Assembly: GCF_036321535.1 (NCBI RefSeq)
Contig: NC_087437.1
Coordinates: 75,518,001 to 75,582,000 of the forward strand
Length of the DNA stretch: 64,000 bases
Direction of reading: 5' to 3'
Source of the DNA: Camelus dromedarius
Taxonomy: Eukaryota
The stretch's first letter is position 1. Every line of letters begins with the position of its first letter. The position numbers were made by a program, and so were the translations under genes. Shown here piece after piece: positions 1-13,186 of this stretch. The notes under the pieces were generated by a model. The model had not been told where the DNA came from, searched no databases, and saw only the letters and a list, made by a program, of their open reading frames with translations.

Positions 1-447
1 ATTCAGACCTTTGTATCCTACACCGTATCAGGTTGGTCTGTCTAACCAATAGAATACTGTAGAAATGATATGTTACTTCTGAGATTAGGTTATAAAAGAA
101 CTGTGGCTTCATTTTGGTATCTCTTGCTTTTTGCTCACTCACTTTAGGGGAAGCCACCTGTCATGCTGTATCAGTAGCCTTTGTGGAGAGACCCATGTGG
201 CAAGTAACTGAATCTTCCAACAAACAACCATAGGAATGAGCTTGGGAGCAGTTTCTTCAGCCTTAGATGACTGCAGCCCTGGCCAACATCTTAACTGCAA
301 TCCCATGGGAGACCTGCAGCCAAAACCATCCACCTAAGCTGCTTCTAGATTCCTGACTCTCAGAAACTGTGTGAGATGATAAATGTTTGTTGTTTTAAGC
401 TGCTAAATTTTGGAATAATTTATTATGCATCCGTAGGTAACTGATAT
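1..447 (+). mobile_element. MaLR LTR (MLT1E/F-like), truncated by window start
   Basis: Typical MLT1 motifs: 'gagattaggttataaaaga', 'ggagagacccatgtggcaag', and 3' end 'ttgttgttttaagctgctaaattttggaataatttattatgca'. Similar to the copy at 25152-25709. Confidence 0.85.
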
Positions 448-469
448 GACACCTGTCCTAGGCCTGACT

Positions 470-880
470 AATCCAGGAAGAGTGAAATATACCTGTGTCC
501 ATCTTCTCTAGTAACACAGAAGAAGCACAAATGCAGTATGAGTTAGTAAGAGGAACAGACAGCAAAGGTAGGTTGGATGGTGCAAGGGCAGCAGTGGTGT
601 TTTTTCAACCTCTGGATCCAGTCAAGAGTAATTTAGCGCCATGCCTGTTATTCCCTGTATTATGAGCCAATACATTTTTCCCCCTTTAAGTTCAGAGCCT
701 TCCAAAGTACATTTAGTCCTGCTGAAAATATTTTGGTCCTCTTTCCATCCAACAAATGAGCATAAATTTATACTGATATGCAATGTAGTCAGCCCAAGGA
801 CCGTAATTTGTTTCTCTTCCCCATCTCTTGATGGCTATGATTAGGCTGAAATCTGGTTTCTGTCACTTGCAACCAGGAGG
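470..880 (+). mobile_element. Old MaLR LTR remnant (MLT1J/K-like), interrupted
   Basis: 3' end motifs 'tatgagccaatacatttttcccctttaag' (~661-690) and 'ggtttctgtcacttgcaacc' (~855-874) are separated by ~150 bp of other sequence. Confidence 0.55.
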
Positions 881-1874
881 TGTTCCGACTCAAAAAGCCC
901 TCTGAAGAATTAGTTTCATGCCTCACTCTGGTCATTTTCTTTTCTTATTGCATCTTTTCCTCTGAGGCCATATTGGCTGGCCCTGAACCATATGTTAGGT
1001 CATGCTCCTCAGGTTCCTCAGAAATAAGTTCTATTTATTTGTGTTTCTAAGAAAGTTCCTATGGCATTTTCTCTCAGGAAAGCCTTAGCATGCTGAGAAT
1101 CTAGTGATTTGACTGAATGATCTACATTTATCCAGGATAAATTTCCTCTATAGTGTATGTATGGCATTTTGCTTCCTAACTTAGCTAATCAAACATTCTC
1201 TGGGTACTGAGCCAACTGTTCATGCTGAAGCAGCCTGAGCAGTCATTGTGAAGTGAAATACAATAAACAAATCCCACGCATGAATCAAGCTAAGATTCTG
1301 AGTTCTAAGATGCAGTTTCTCCATACTTGCCACTCTCAGTGCAAAGGAGTCTGTAGAGGCCACATACTGAACCCACTGTTCATTCTGCTTCCTCCCAATT
1401 GTGAACCACAGCAGTGAGTTTACACAAACTGGAACCTCTCTCAGTGAGTCCCCTCACCCACAGAATAATCCTACTGTGATTTTTCTCCTAAACAACCAGC
1501 ACCACTGCCAAAATGTGAGATAGATAATGCATTTTTAAATTTATAATCATTAAACAAAGTTGAGAGTCCTACTCCTAACTGCCCTTCCCCACATAATTCC
1601 AAATTATGCCATTTCCCAGAATAACATAGTACTCAGCGTCTAAATTCACCTCAACAGCATTATTTCTTACCACATCAATTTCTTTAAGTTAGCTTAGTGA
1701 CCACTCACAAAACTTACCCCTAAAAAACCTTTATTTGAATAATCCTATTAATGTTGTTTGCCCTTTGGCTCAATACATTCAGCATCCAGGAACTGAGCTA
1801 AGGGAGCTCAGAGAAATTGGCATAAACAAAAACTTGCATTTTTTTCCCCCTAAACAAAGTTCTCACTCTACCAC

Positions 1875-2105
1875 ATTGGTTAGGATCGGAAACCCTGGAA
1901 TCAGATTACTTGGATTCAAAGCTCAGCTTTTCCCTTTAAAGCCATGTACCATTGGCCAAGTTACCCATCTCTTCTCTGTCCATTTTACATCTGTAACATA
2001 GGGATAATAATAATATCCATCTTGGAATCACTGTTATAAGAATTATATTAATGATACTTGAAAGTACGTGAAATACTATCTGGTACACAGTGTTAAGCAA
2101 ATAGC
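1875..2105 (+). mobile_element. MIR SINE
   Basis: MIR core-like 'ggattcaaagctcagc...ggccaagttacccatctc...catctgtaacatagggataataata...ctggtacacagt'. Confidence 0.8.
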
Positions 2106-2339
2106 CAGCACAGATCACACTGAACTCTGATTGTGTATCTCCCAACTTACCATGGGAGGTACCCTGTCATCATTCAAAAGAAGCATCATAATTGCGTCTT
2201 CTGCACTGTTTGTACTCTTCTACATGCTGTGTGGATGAAAATAGATTAAGGTAGTCTCAGAGTATTGGTACACCATATGACTTAAAAAAACAGAACACAA
2301 ATCCTCTTTGTAAGAAGATATTACCCCTAGCTGAAAATT

Positions 2340-4150
2340 ATTTCTGTATCATGTAGAAAATTATTTCTAACATCAAATACAATGTCTGGCACAAAATAAA
2401 AAATAACCAGGCACTCAGAGACAAGATAATAATCAAACAGGCAGAAATGATTGAAAATAAAACTCACAAGTACTTCAGATGTTGGAGTTTTCAGACACAG
2501 ACTTTATAATAACCATACTTATTTTGTCCAAAGGAACAGGACAAGATAGAGAATTTTGGTAGAAAAGTGAAAACCATAATAAAGTACCAAACAGAAATTA
2601 CAAGAGCTGGAAAATAATAATTGAAATTAGCAACAATTTAATAGATTGATTTAACAGCTGTTTAGATAGTCAAATGGTATTAGTAACCTGAGTATTGATT
2701 GGTCAGAAAAAACTATCCAGAATAAAGCAAAGGGAAACAAAAGAATGGAAAGATTAGGAAGAAAGGTAAGAAACAGAAGATACAGTGAGAAGGTGCAATA
2801 CAAGTGGAATTCTAGGAAGAAAAAAGAAAAAATGGGCAAGAAGAATTATCTGAGGAAATAATTTGAGGAAATAATTTTCTAAAAATGAAAGACATTAATT
2901 TATAGATTTAAGAAAACAAAACAACTCTAAACACAATAAATAAAGAAAAAACAATTGGGTATCTAATAGCAAAATGTTAAAAACCAAAGAAAAAGAAAAA
3001 TCTTAAAACAGTTGGAAGTAACAAAAAAAAGACAGACTGCCTTCAGAAGGGCAATAATTAGGCAGACAGCTGACTTTATTAATAGAATTAACAAGAAACC
3101 GGAAGACAAAGTACTAAATCTTCAAAGTACTAAAAGAAAATAAGCCAACCCAGAATATAAGTCTAGCAACATACATTTCAAGAGTTGAGTGAAACAAATA
3201 ATTTTAAGACAAACAAATCAGCATTTGTAGCTAGTAGATCTACACTAAACGACATATGAAAGGCATGTTCTGCAGGCAGAAAGAAAACTTACCAGGAATC
3301 CCAGATTTCGAAAGGAATAATGAGCAACAAAAAGGTGAATTTAAATAAGTAAACTGATAATGATGATGACAGCATTCAGAATATAGACAAAATTAAAGGA
3401 CAGAATTAAAAGGAATTTCAGGTTCTTGCATTGACCATGAAGAGGGTAAATACCAATTTATATAAGGATTTGAGAACTAAAAATGTATGTTATAATTTCA
3501 CAGTTAACCAGTAAAACAGTTGCAAAACAATGTGTGGCTTTCAAGGTAGTAAAAAAAAAAGAGTAATAAATGTGTGGCAAGGACCAGAAAGAAGGAAATG
3601 TTGGAGGGAAAAAAAACACCGCAAGATAAATGGGATGAATTGAAAGCATGAAGCAAGCCAGACACGAAACAACTCACGTACAACCAAGAATTTTAAATCA
3701 TCACTAAATTTGCATGATTTCAATTGCCTGAAATTCTAACCCAGGCAAAAAAATTCTAAACAGGAAAAACTAAACCATTAGGTTTAAGGATTTATACTTA
3801 GGTAGTAAAACTAAAGAAAAGCAAGAAAAGGGTACCGTAAAAGTTCAGAAGAGGTTTCCTTTAAGGGAGAGACAGGTGGTAGTAACTTGGAGGGGACGTG
3901 AAGGGTTAGGAATGTCTCATTGCTTGGCTAGCCAGGTGGTGGTTACCTGATGGGCTTTTGTTTTGTGCTGATTCATTCAACTATATGTATTTTGTGTACT
4001 TCCCTGTATTTATTCTATTTCCATGAAAAATAATAAATGTATAAGGGATATCTGAATGTGCCGATATGGTGTAATCTTCAGAAATACATGGTTAAATAAA
4101 ACAAGGTTTGGAACAGCATACATAGTGTGATCTTGTTAGTGTAAAAAAGC
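2340..4150 (+). mobile_element. Ancient L1 (L1M/L1ME-like) ORF1 and 3' remnants
   Basis: Strongly A-rich + strand with degenerate ORF1-like stretches ('ttaggcagacagctgact', 'ccaacccagaatata') and an L1 3'UTR-like tail. Confidence 0.65.
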
Positions 4151-5291
4151 TCACAGGCTTATATACATGCTTACATTCAAGACATACATAGTAAATTTAA
4201 TATGGCCTGCTGCCTCTAAGAGGGGAAACTAGGACTCTGCTAAAGTTTGTGGAAGAAAAGGGCTAATTTTCATCTATATGCTTTTACTGAGAACATAACT
4301 TTTTAATTTTTAAAATAATAAAAATTTTCAAATCTATCAATCAAATTTGAAGCCAAAATAGGCTTACCATTTGATGAGATCATTATTTTCAAATTAACAA
4401 CAGCGTTTTGAAATCTTAACTTAAATCTACAATGTATAAAATCTAGAAAAATTTTAAATCATTGCAAAATTTGTTCAAAAGATGGGTCAAATTTTTACAA
4501 TCAAGAAGAGAAGAAAAGTGGCTTTCATTTTAAACAACAGCCATGAACTGATTATCTTTCCATTTCTCTCACACAAATGGAGCAGAGATAGGTATAGATA
4601 ATTCATTTTCGTTTCAACTTGTTTCGAGAATGTTGGTAGAAGACTTTCGTCTGAATTATAATGGTGTGCTACCAAAAATAGGAAGCAAACTTAGGGTTAA
4701 CTGAAAGGCTGAATTTACAAATCTGCCATAAATTATGAAAGTGTACTTTAGGCTTTCAGTCATATGAACAGAGGACCAGATTAGAATCCAACAATATGGA
4801 TAATCTGTGTTGTTAGAGCAATTGTAACTAAATGTAGTATACATTTCAGGAATTTAGCAACAAATGAAAGGATAGCACCTATTGTCTACAAGGTCTGAAG
4901 AAATGAGCCATTCAGGATTTCTGGGTTAAAATAGCAGCTGAACATGTTTCTGATCTTGTTTTTTATTTTAAGTCAATAAAAATTTAGGGAATGAATTTTT
5001 TTTTTTTTAAGAGAGGATGATACAAATCAGAAAAACAGAAGAGGGAAAAAAGTCAGCAAAATTTTGGAAGCTGGAGAAAGATGGGCAAGAAGTAGCTAAC
5101 TTAATAGACTCAAGAAACCTAATCTCTAGCTGGTACTGGAAATGTGTGAGAGCCAGCCAAGTGATACCACAATGTGCTCAAAGGCACAGGAACTGTCTTT
5201 GGGACTGGTAGTAAAAGAAAGGCTAAGGTAAGGAAATCTTCTTGAAAGCTATTTCTTATAGCTATCCCATGCAGATGGGCTGGGCCCCCTC

Positions 5292-5621
5292 TATAATGCA
5301 CTGCATGTTTGTGTCCCCCCAAAATTCATGTGTTGAAAGTCTAATACCCAATGAAATGGTATTGGGAGATGGGGCCCTCCAGATGGGGTTAGTGTCCTTA
5401 CAAGAAGAGAGCTAGCTTCTCTCTCTGCTCTCCACCACGTAAGGATACAATGAGAAGACGGCCATCTACAAACCAGGAAGTGGGTTCTCACCAGACTCTG
5501 GATCTTCCAGCCACCTAGTTCTTGGACTTCCCAGCGTCCAGAACCATGAAAAATAAACACTTGCTATTTAAACCACCTGGTCTCTGGTAATTTATTAGAG
5601 CAGCACAAGCACACTGAGATA
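5292..5621 (+). mobile_element. MaLR solo LTR (MLT1A-like)
   Basis: 'tgtttgtgtccccccaaaattcatgtgttgaa' start, 'gaagacggccatctacaaaccaggaag', AATAAA near the 3' end. Near-TSD ccctc (5287-5291) / tcctc (5622-5626). Confidence 0.85.
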
Positions 5622-5629
5622 TCCTCCCG

Positions 5630-5991
5630 ATTAACAGGTGGGATGTCTAGATTGATGACACCATGCACATGTTAAGAGGTAAGAGAAAACTGTAATACTC
5701 ACATCATGAAATGTCTTGGGCAGAGAGGACAGCACCCAAGCTGGCCTGGAATTGGCTTAAGTGTCTTGAGAGTTAGGGCGAGTAGGCCTGGTGTTTACCA
5801 TTGTAAGGGGGTGGAACTATGGAAGAATTCACTACTGGAGTTGTTTGAACTTCCCTCTGGTGCCAAAGGAAGGAGTGCCCTGGCTTTCTTATCAATTTTC
5901 CCAAATAGGGGGCATAGGAAAAGGAATAAACTAGGCCTTAAAAGCTCTCAGCAGTCAAAGATTAAAAAAAAAATGGAGTCAGACCCTAGTA
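5630..5991 (-). mobile_element. ERVL-class LTR remnant (MER74-like)
   Basis: Ends in 'aaaatggagtcagaccctagtaca' and contains 'gaacttccctctggtgccaaaggaagg'. Matches my recollection of MER74-type LTRs. Confidence 0.5.
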
Positions 5992-5999
5992 CACTATTT

Positions 6000-7450
6000 A
6001 AGAAATTAAACGTTCCAGATTCCCTCCTCTACTCCACTCTGCTGAGCGATTGCCCCTCCCAATTCTGACAAAAACCCAGAAACTTGTTCTCTGGAGAAAC
6101 TAAAAGCAAGATGTCTGAACTAATGATATTGGCCCAGACTAGAGTTAGGAGAAGGGTTAGGACTAAGTGATCAAATGTATCCCTGAATACAGAGATCCGC
6201 CGCCCACTCCCAATCTACATCACTCTACAGTGAACTCACTTGATAAGTATGGCCCATAGTTCAAGCTCTCAGAGCCTCAGAGGAGCTTTTTAGATGCCCC
6301 CATTCTCAATATTAAGCAAACATTTAGGTATTACCAGATATCTGAGGGAAGCTCCTATCATGGAAGATAGAAATGAAAGAAAAACAAAACAAAAACTGAT
6401 CTCCTTCATAAAAAAGCATCCTGAAGTAAATAATGCAGGAGTGGGGGAGGGTGAATTCAACAAAACCAAATGAAATAAAAGTATCAGCATCCTCAGATAA
6501 ATAAGAAAATGATACATCTATAAAAGAGGAACAGGATGCCATAAAAATTTAAGAGAACAGAAAAGAGCATAGAACTGAGAACCTAATAGAAATGAAGTCA
6601 TTATAAGATAGATACGTCTCCTAGAAAGCAGAGCAAAAAGACAAAGAGGCAGAAAATAGGAGAAAAAAAAATTGGATGACCGCCCCAGAAAATCTGTGGG
6701 GGGTGGAGAAAGAGAAAAGAGGAAACAGAAAATAGGAAATAGAAAACAAACGAAAATTACTCAAGAAAATGTCCCAGGTGTTTGTACCCCTTAATTCCCT
6801 GCCCTTAACTCGCCCCTCCCCTACTCCCTTTCCCCACTGGTAACCATTAGTTTGTTCTCTATATCTGTGAGTCTCTTTCTGTTTTGCTATATTCATTCAT
6901 CTATTTTATTTTTTAGATTCCACATATAAGTGATAACATATCGTAAATCAACAATACTTTCCAGAAAAAATAGAAAATGCAAAATTCTCCCAGAACAATA
7001 GAAAGTGAAATGCTATTACTGAAAAAAGTTTACTAAATAGAAGTAGTAGATGAAAATACCTGCACAAATATATTTCAAAACACTAGAGGAAAAGAAGATT
7101 CTATCAACTTCCAGGAAGAAAAAGCAGATCAGAAAGGATGAAGAATTACAATGGCTTTAGATTTTGCAACAGTATCACTGCAAGCAAGAAGAAAATGGAG
7201 TTATGTCAGAATCCTAAAGGAAAATGACTTGTAACCTATAATTATAGCCAAACTCTCAAACCTTGTGAGGGGAGAATGGTGATCTTAAAAATTTTTTTAC
7301 TACCCATTCTCTTTCTCAAGAAGCTACCGGAAAAGTGTTCCAACAAAATGAAAGTATAAACTAAGAAAAAGGAAGACATGGTACAGGAAAGAAAGTGAGT
7401 TTCAAGTAGGAGAGGGATGAAGGAATTGCTAGGAGAGTGAACAGATTTCC
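6000..7450 (+). mobile_element. Ancient L1/HAL1-like ORF1 remnant, split by a younger L1 insertion
   Basis: A-rich; 'gaattacaatggctttagattttgcaacagtatcactgcaagcaagaagaaaatggag' is a typical ORF1 C-terminal block. Confidence 0.65.
6778..6980. mobile_element. Short cetartiodactyl-type L1 3' fragment with 5' inversion
   Basis: 6778-6941 is the reverse complement of L1 3'UTR (similar to 48255-48400). It is followed by a sense terminus 'gtaaatcaacaatacttt' plus an A-rich tail. Flanks are aaaatgtcccag / aaaattctcccag. Confidence 0.8.
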
Positions 7451-8891
7451 CAAGATGCTAGCTGGAGACTAGACCAGGTTGGGGCAATGAGAGTCTATTA
7501 GACATGCTGTAGGATGTAGGACTATGATCCCTACTGCTTTGGTGTATTTTTTTTTTTTAAACAAACATCTGGATGAATGCCCTGGAGAATCTGGTCCCGA
7601 TAAGAATGTGGTGATCTTGGCAATTTGCTGGTAAGTTTCCTGCTCTTTCCTCCAGGTCTTGCTGCCAACATTGACTGTGGACATATATTTCATCCCACTG
7701 AAGTTTCCTGCTTTGATTTAGTTCTGAGAGCTGAAACAAGGCCATGGTGAGCTTAGAAGCAAGAAACCCAGGGTGATTCTCCTCACTTCTGCAGATCAGA
7801 TACTTAGTACCTGCTTCACACTGCAACTCTTACAGATTTGTAGACTGTGGTGAGCCTCAGATTTCCCAGAACTCATGCATGGCCTTCTCCCACTGAATAC
7901 ATCGGAAGGTTCTCTTGTAAATTCCCAGGAAGCAGAAGCCTAAAACCCTGCGACTACTGAGTTCATCTTGTCTTGGAGTCCCTCACACAACCAGCTTTTT
8001 ACTTGTCACCCTGTAGGGAAGGGCGGCATGGAGAGGAATGTTTTGAAGCAATAAACACAGGAGGATTTTAAATTCTAGTTTGTAATCTGGGTGGAGGATT
8101 CAAAGGGTTTTTTAAACTTGTTTTTTGGATTAAACATTTACATTTTACACATAATTTCACATGCAGAAAATAAAGGGTAAAGAAATACGTCTACTCATAC
8201 AGTAATCGTTGGACTGTAAACTGGAACAAACTTCCTGGATTTTTTTGGCAATGAACAGCAAAACCTTAAAACTTTGTAATTCTACTTCTAAAAGCTATTC
8301 TATGAATAGCAGGACAATGCCCAAAGTATACACAAACTTTTTACTAAATCGGAAACAGTTAAAAATTAGGAACTAAAAACACCCATTCTTGTAGAATTGA
8401 TTAAAATAAGTGGAATATTCATGCCATTGACCATTACATAGTCATTAGATATGATGAATTTACTGACACACTAACATGGGTAAAGTTCACATTACACTTA
8501 ACCATGGACCATACAATATGTGTGTGCACTGGTTTTAACCTACCCCCCACCGATGGTTAGTTAATATTGGAGGAAACCTGCTCAGTGCATGCATTCCAAG
8601 CATCTGTGCAAGTGCTTCAATGACAACTCCATCAGCACTGAAGGGTTTGCTAACTAGCATAAGAGATGCTAAAAATATTTATTCATTAGTGAAAAGTACA
8701 GGCATCTCTGCTCTTGCATAAACAGAAGTATAACAGAAGCCTGCACCTACAAAGCAGTTAGCACTAGAACACTTCAGTGTCTGCATCTAATCAACTCATC
8801 AGGCAAGGAACTCTGACCCCTGGGCAGGAGCTCCAGTACTTCACCAAACTTGCATGAACAGGTCTTCTGACTCTTCTGGTCACTTGCTGAA

Positions 8892-9335
8892 TGTCTGCAT
8901 TATTTTGGGTACTTCTGAGAAGGAGACACCAAGAGAGGATTATTACAGTAGGTTTATTGGGGGGGAATACCCACGAAGGAAAAGAGAAGAGAGCTGGAGA
9001 AACCAGAGAAGACCATCAGACTACGAAGAGGCTCTGACACTTGTGAAGAAGACAGAGGAGGAGTGCATGGGAAGACTTTTAGATTACAGTGGGGTTCCAG
9101 GAAGTAATAACCAGTCTGACGGGGAGTTCTTATGCAAGTCACCCATCTGGAGAGTCACTCGTGCTGCAGCAAGGGCCTGCATTAATACCCCCAACCGTGC
9201 TCAGTGACAGGGAGCAGCCACAGGAAGCATGACATCCGTACAAATGTGGTAATAGACCCAGGGGTGCAGCCGCGGGCACTGCCAGTCAATTGCGCTCCCC
9301 CTAGCAGGAGACCTGAGTATGTCCATGGCTCCCAA
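8892..9335 (-). mobile_element. ERVL solo LTR (LTR16-like)
   Basis: 'gagaaggagacaccaagagaggatta...ggtttattggggggaatacc' is the reverse complement of an LTR16 3' end. Similar to 20523-20982. Confidence 0.75.
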
Positions 9336-11819
9336 AGTATGTGTGGCAGAATTCACACAGAGACAAAGCATCTAGAAGACAGACTGGGAGTGCCCTCACC
9401 AATAATCACTGGAAACAACAGATAATGAGGAAAAATAATCCAATGGCTATAAAGAGGCCAAATTTGATGAAATCTATTCTCAACAATATAGTTAAACGTG
9501 TGCGTGGTTTCAGTGAGAATATTCTTTGTTTTAAAGTCAATGACTTGTATGATAGGATTTTTTTAAAGTATTTTATTAGATATCACTAGAATTCTTTCAG
9601 GAACTTTGCCACCTTTCCATTCAGGTCCTCGGGTCCTATGTCCCCTATGCAACGGTCTTATCAAGGCCTTTTCCAAAGGCATTGGGAATAAGAAATAAAC
9701 AGGAATTTGTGGTGTGGGAGACATGAAGAAGAGCGAAGGAATGGAGAAAGAGCAAAGTAATACGGTGTTCAGAGACAAAAGGATTTTATGCTGCCTTGTG
9801 AATGACAGTGTATGTGTTTTTGGAGAATGAGGAAAAGTAGTTGTTTGCCAAGTGGAAATAGGGAAACATCTACAAGATGAAGTAAGAAATGATAACCTAG
9901 GTTGACAAAGTCCCTGAGCAATTCCAGAAAGCTCAGGACACGCACTAAACTTCCCACATGACTGGGATGGGGGGCAGTGGGTATTACAGGCCGATCTGAG
10001 GAAGATCATAAGAGGCAGGGTCACCACAACTGACATCTTAGTTAAAAATACGCACAGACAAAATATACATGAGTGGAAAACATCTGACAGCATGAATAAA
10101 ATGCTAGTATTGTCTCTTTACAGGAAAGGGTTATGAATGATTTTTTTTCTTATCTGTATTTTCTAATTTTTCTACAATGACCATGAATTAGTATCATATA
10201 AGAAGAAAAGATGGTAGGAAAAATGATTTGAGTAATTACTTATTTCCAGCAATTAGGCTGAACATTAGCTAAGTAAAGTCATTGTTTTCAGCACAGTCTC
10301 CAACATAATTGGTCAATTATAACAGAACTCCACAGAACAGGTCAGTTTACCCTGTAACCTATGGATGCGTTTTTTAGCTAATTCATCCTGCGAGGCACAT
10401 TTAACAGACCATGTTAGTAACGGGAGACCTTTTAGTTAAGATTTTTTTTTTCCCCATGGCTATTGATGACCACTAGCTACACCCTCTCTGAAAATCTCTG
10501 AACCAGAACCATCTCTACTTTGCTTTATAATGAGGGCTTAAGAAAGATAATGCTCCAATAAGAACTAAATTCAAAATTGACTATAGTTAAAGCTAATACT
10601 TGTTCTCAAGAAACAATCTCCCCAGATCACAGACTACCTTACCCTCTCGAGGACATGACTCATCAGAATCCTTTTGGTAAACTTATGCGCTATTTATGTA
10701 AAATAAGAAGGTACCTGTGTCAATGACCGGGACATGAAGACATCCCCTTCTTTCCTTTCTGCTACTCATCTTTCCACTTACCAGCTTAATTTATGAAATA
10801 TTAGATCCATCATTAATCAGCAGCAGCTAGCACTTTAGACCCATACTAGAAGGTACTGGAGAACAGTTGTATACATTAAAAAAATACCTGGCTGAATGAC
10901 TGTCACAGAGATCCTCACTGCACTCCAGGCACACTCCTACAGGCTTGTTAAGTTCTATGCTTGAATCAGACTAGACCACGGGAAGATGATGTTTGCTACC
11001 AGTGACCACAGTGTCTTTCTATAAAAAATAAAAGGCTCCCTTTCTTCCAGGCAGATCCCACCCTAAACCAGGGTACATGATTTGACAAGAGGAACAAGGA
11101 CTAAATTTCAGTCTCCACTCATGCCATGACCCGGGTGCCCTAGTACACTGTTTAATCTGAATAACTGCCCAGGGCAGCCAGGGTTTATGTGCTTAGAAGA
11201 CATTACCTTAGTCCCGTGAGGAAATCCTATCACTAAATCATGCTTCAACTGTAAACCTTTTCATCCTTACAGATGTCTTTCCAGCCATATTTTTTGAGGG
11301 TCCTATGCAGACCATGTTTCCCTGCTTTTTGGATTTCACAGAGCAATTTTCTTTTAAGTTTAAGGGGTTTTTTGGGGGAACTGATGCAGAGTTGCCAAGT
11401 TTTATTTGAAAGAAACCAGGAGACTTAAAGTATATAATTTACTGAGCATAGTAATTTTAAAATAAAAGGCCAATATTTCACCAGAAATAAATTCTGTCTA
11501 CTTAGACCCACATCTTTGCTTTGATAAAGTAAAGCTGAATCAGTGCATTAGGGAACTGCTGATGTGACTGCCACCAGCTGCCTTCACAGTCTCCTCTGTC
11601 CCGCTCTCCTGCAGGCACACTGGCTCTCCTTGGGTTCTCCAGCCCATCCAACCTTCTCCTTCTATTCTCTTCACCTGGACGAGGCTTACCCATCTTTCAG
11701 GTCTCACAGTCAGGGAAGACGTCTAAGCCAGAGACGTCTAAGCGAATTTAAGAATTGTTACTATTTCACTAATTGATACAAAAGAAAAGTATAATTGGTT
11801 ATATATCAATAGGTTTGAT

Positions 11820-11935
11820 CGCACCTCTAGACCGTGAGCTTCCTGAGAACACTCATACGTACGCAGTGTTGCCTCCAGCAACTGACAAAGATCTGGCTAC
11901 ATGACAGGTGCTTAAGTATTTGTTGAATGGATTAA
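11820..11935 (+). mobile_element. L2 3' end
   Basis: 'ctagaccgtgagcttcctgag...tggctacatgacaggtgcttaagtatttgttgaatggat'. Confidence 0.7.
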
Positions 11936-13025
11936 ACCAACATCCCTTATATCATATGCTCTATTAGAGCCCTGAGTTTTGAACCAGAAGAACCTGTTTC
12001 CATCTCTCAAATATTAAAGATTATATAATTCGTTTCCCACTTTGCTGGGTTTCTAGGGATCTTAGACACAGGTTTATATTCCATCACAGCAACTATGTTG
12101 ACCCTTCTGGCTGGAATATTTACTGTTTCCTCTTTCATATTTTTTTTCATATTATTTTACCCTTTATTATAAGCTGTTCTAAGCTGTTTCAAATTCCTTT
12201 TCAGAAAGATGCAGGGTGTAAATAAATAAATAAAGGCCTTATAGTGCAATAGCTCACCTGTTCCCAAAATAAAATGCTGACATTTCAAATGTTCCTTATT
12301 GTAAAGGTTAGATGATTAAATATATTCCTCTTCTGCTACCTTAGATTACTCAAATAAACATCAACCACATGCAAACCACACAAATAGATCAGGCTTTTGA
12401 ATGGAGGTAGTTTTAAGGGACAGACAGATATTTGAAAATCAAGAGAAAAGAAAATGCAAGGTATACCATTCTCGCTTAAATACAAACAACTTTAAGAAAA
12501 CCACCACACATATTCCTATTTATGCTTATTATATGCCCTTTGAAAACATCAAGAAAAGCCAGCTGCCTGCTGACGTACTTTCCAAAGAACTTAAAGAAGC
12601 ATCAAGACTCTTTACTCCGGTGAAAACAAGCTTCTGTAGGCCTGCTTTTAACATTCAGAATGATCAGACTAGCCACCTCTAGTTTGGTAAATAGTACTTA
12701 AAACTGAGCCAAATAGCGATTCATATTCTAATTATGCATTGTTTTCCAAGAAAAAAGATTTAACCCAAAATATACACAGGTTAGTAATCCCTGATTGGTG
12801 TAATTACTCGTGTAAGGCATATATCACCTGCAGTGTCTGACAGAACTTTATTATCTCAAAGGAAAGCTCCCTGAGTTTCCAGAAGAGAAAGTTTTCACCA
12901 TAAGATAAATCACCTGTGTCGATCTAACAACTCGCCTACCCAGTCAGATTAGAATCCTCGAAGCAGAAAGCTTCTTGGACTGCTGGCCAGCCTTGTCCTC
13001 TCACATGACAGATGAACCGTAGCAA

Positions 13026-13186
13026 GGGAGGAGGGTATAGCTCAGTGGTAGAGTGTGTGCCTAGCATGCCCGAGGTCCTGGGTTCAATCCCCAGCATCGC
13101 CATTTAAGTAAATAAATAAATAAACCTAACTACCTCCCCACTAAAAAAAAAAAAAAAATTAAATTAAATTAAAAAACCCAAACAAG
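13026..13186 (+). mobile_element. tRNA-derived SINE, camelid Vic-1-like
   Basis: A box 'tagctcagtggtag', B box 'ggttcaatcc', (taaa)n linker, 'cctaactacctcccc', A-rich tail. 9-bp TSD accgtagca at 13016-13024 and 13187-13195. Confidence 0.88.

Noticed and set aside
5706..6068. 120-aa ORF
   Set aside because: It lies within an LTR remnant and runs into L1-derived sequence.
8854..9425. 117-aa and 73-aa ORFs
   Set aside because: They lie within the LTR16-like element.
9563..10093. Longest ORF in the track (176 aa, minus strand)
   Set aside because: L/S/F/C/P-rich composition typical of the antisense of purine-rich non-coding DNA, with no recognisable domain or exon boundaries.
11717..11743. Short direct repeat agacgtctaagc x2 (similar small duplications at 2851, 19468, 58706)
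   Set aside because: Ordinary local slippage duplications with no further structure.
13026..13100. tRNA gene
   Set aside because: The tRNA-like head is followed by a SINE body, an A-rich tail and a TSD, so it is a SINE.
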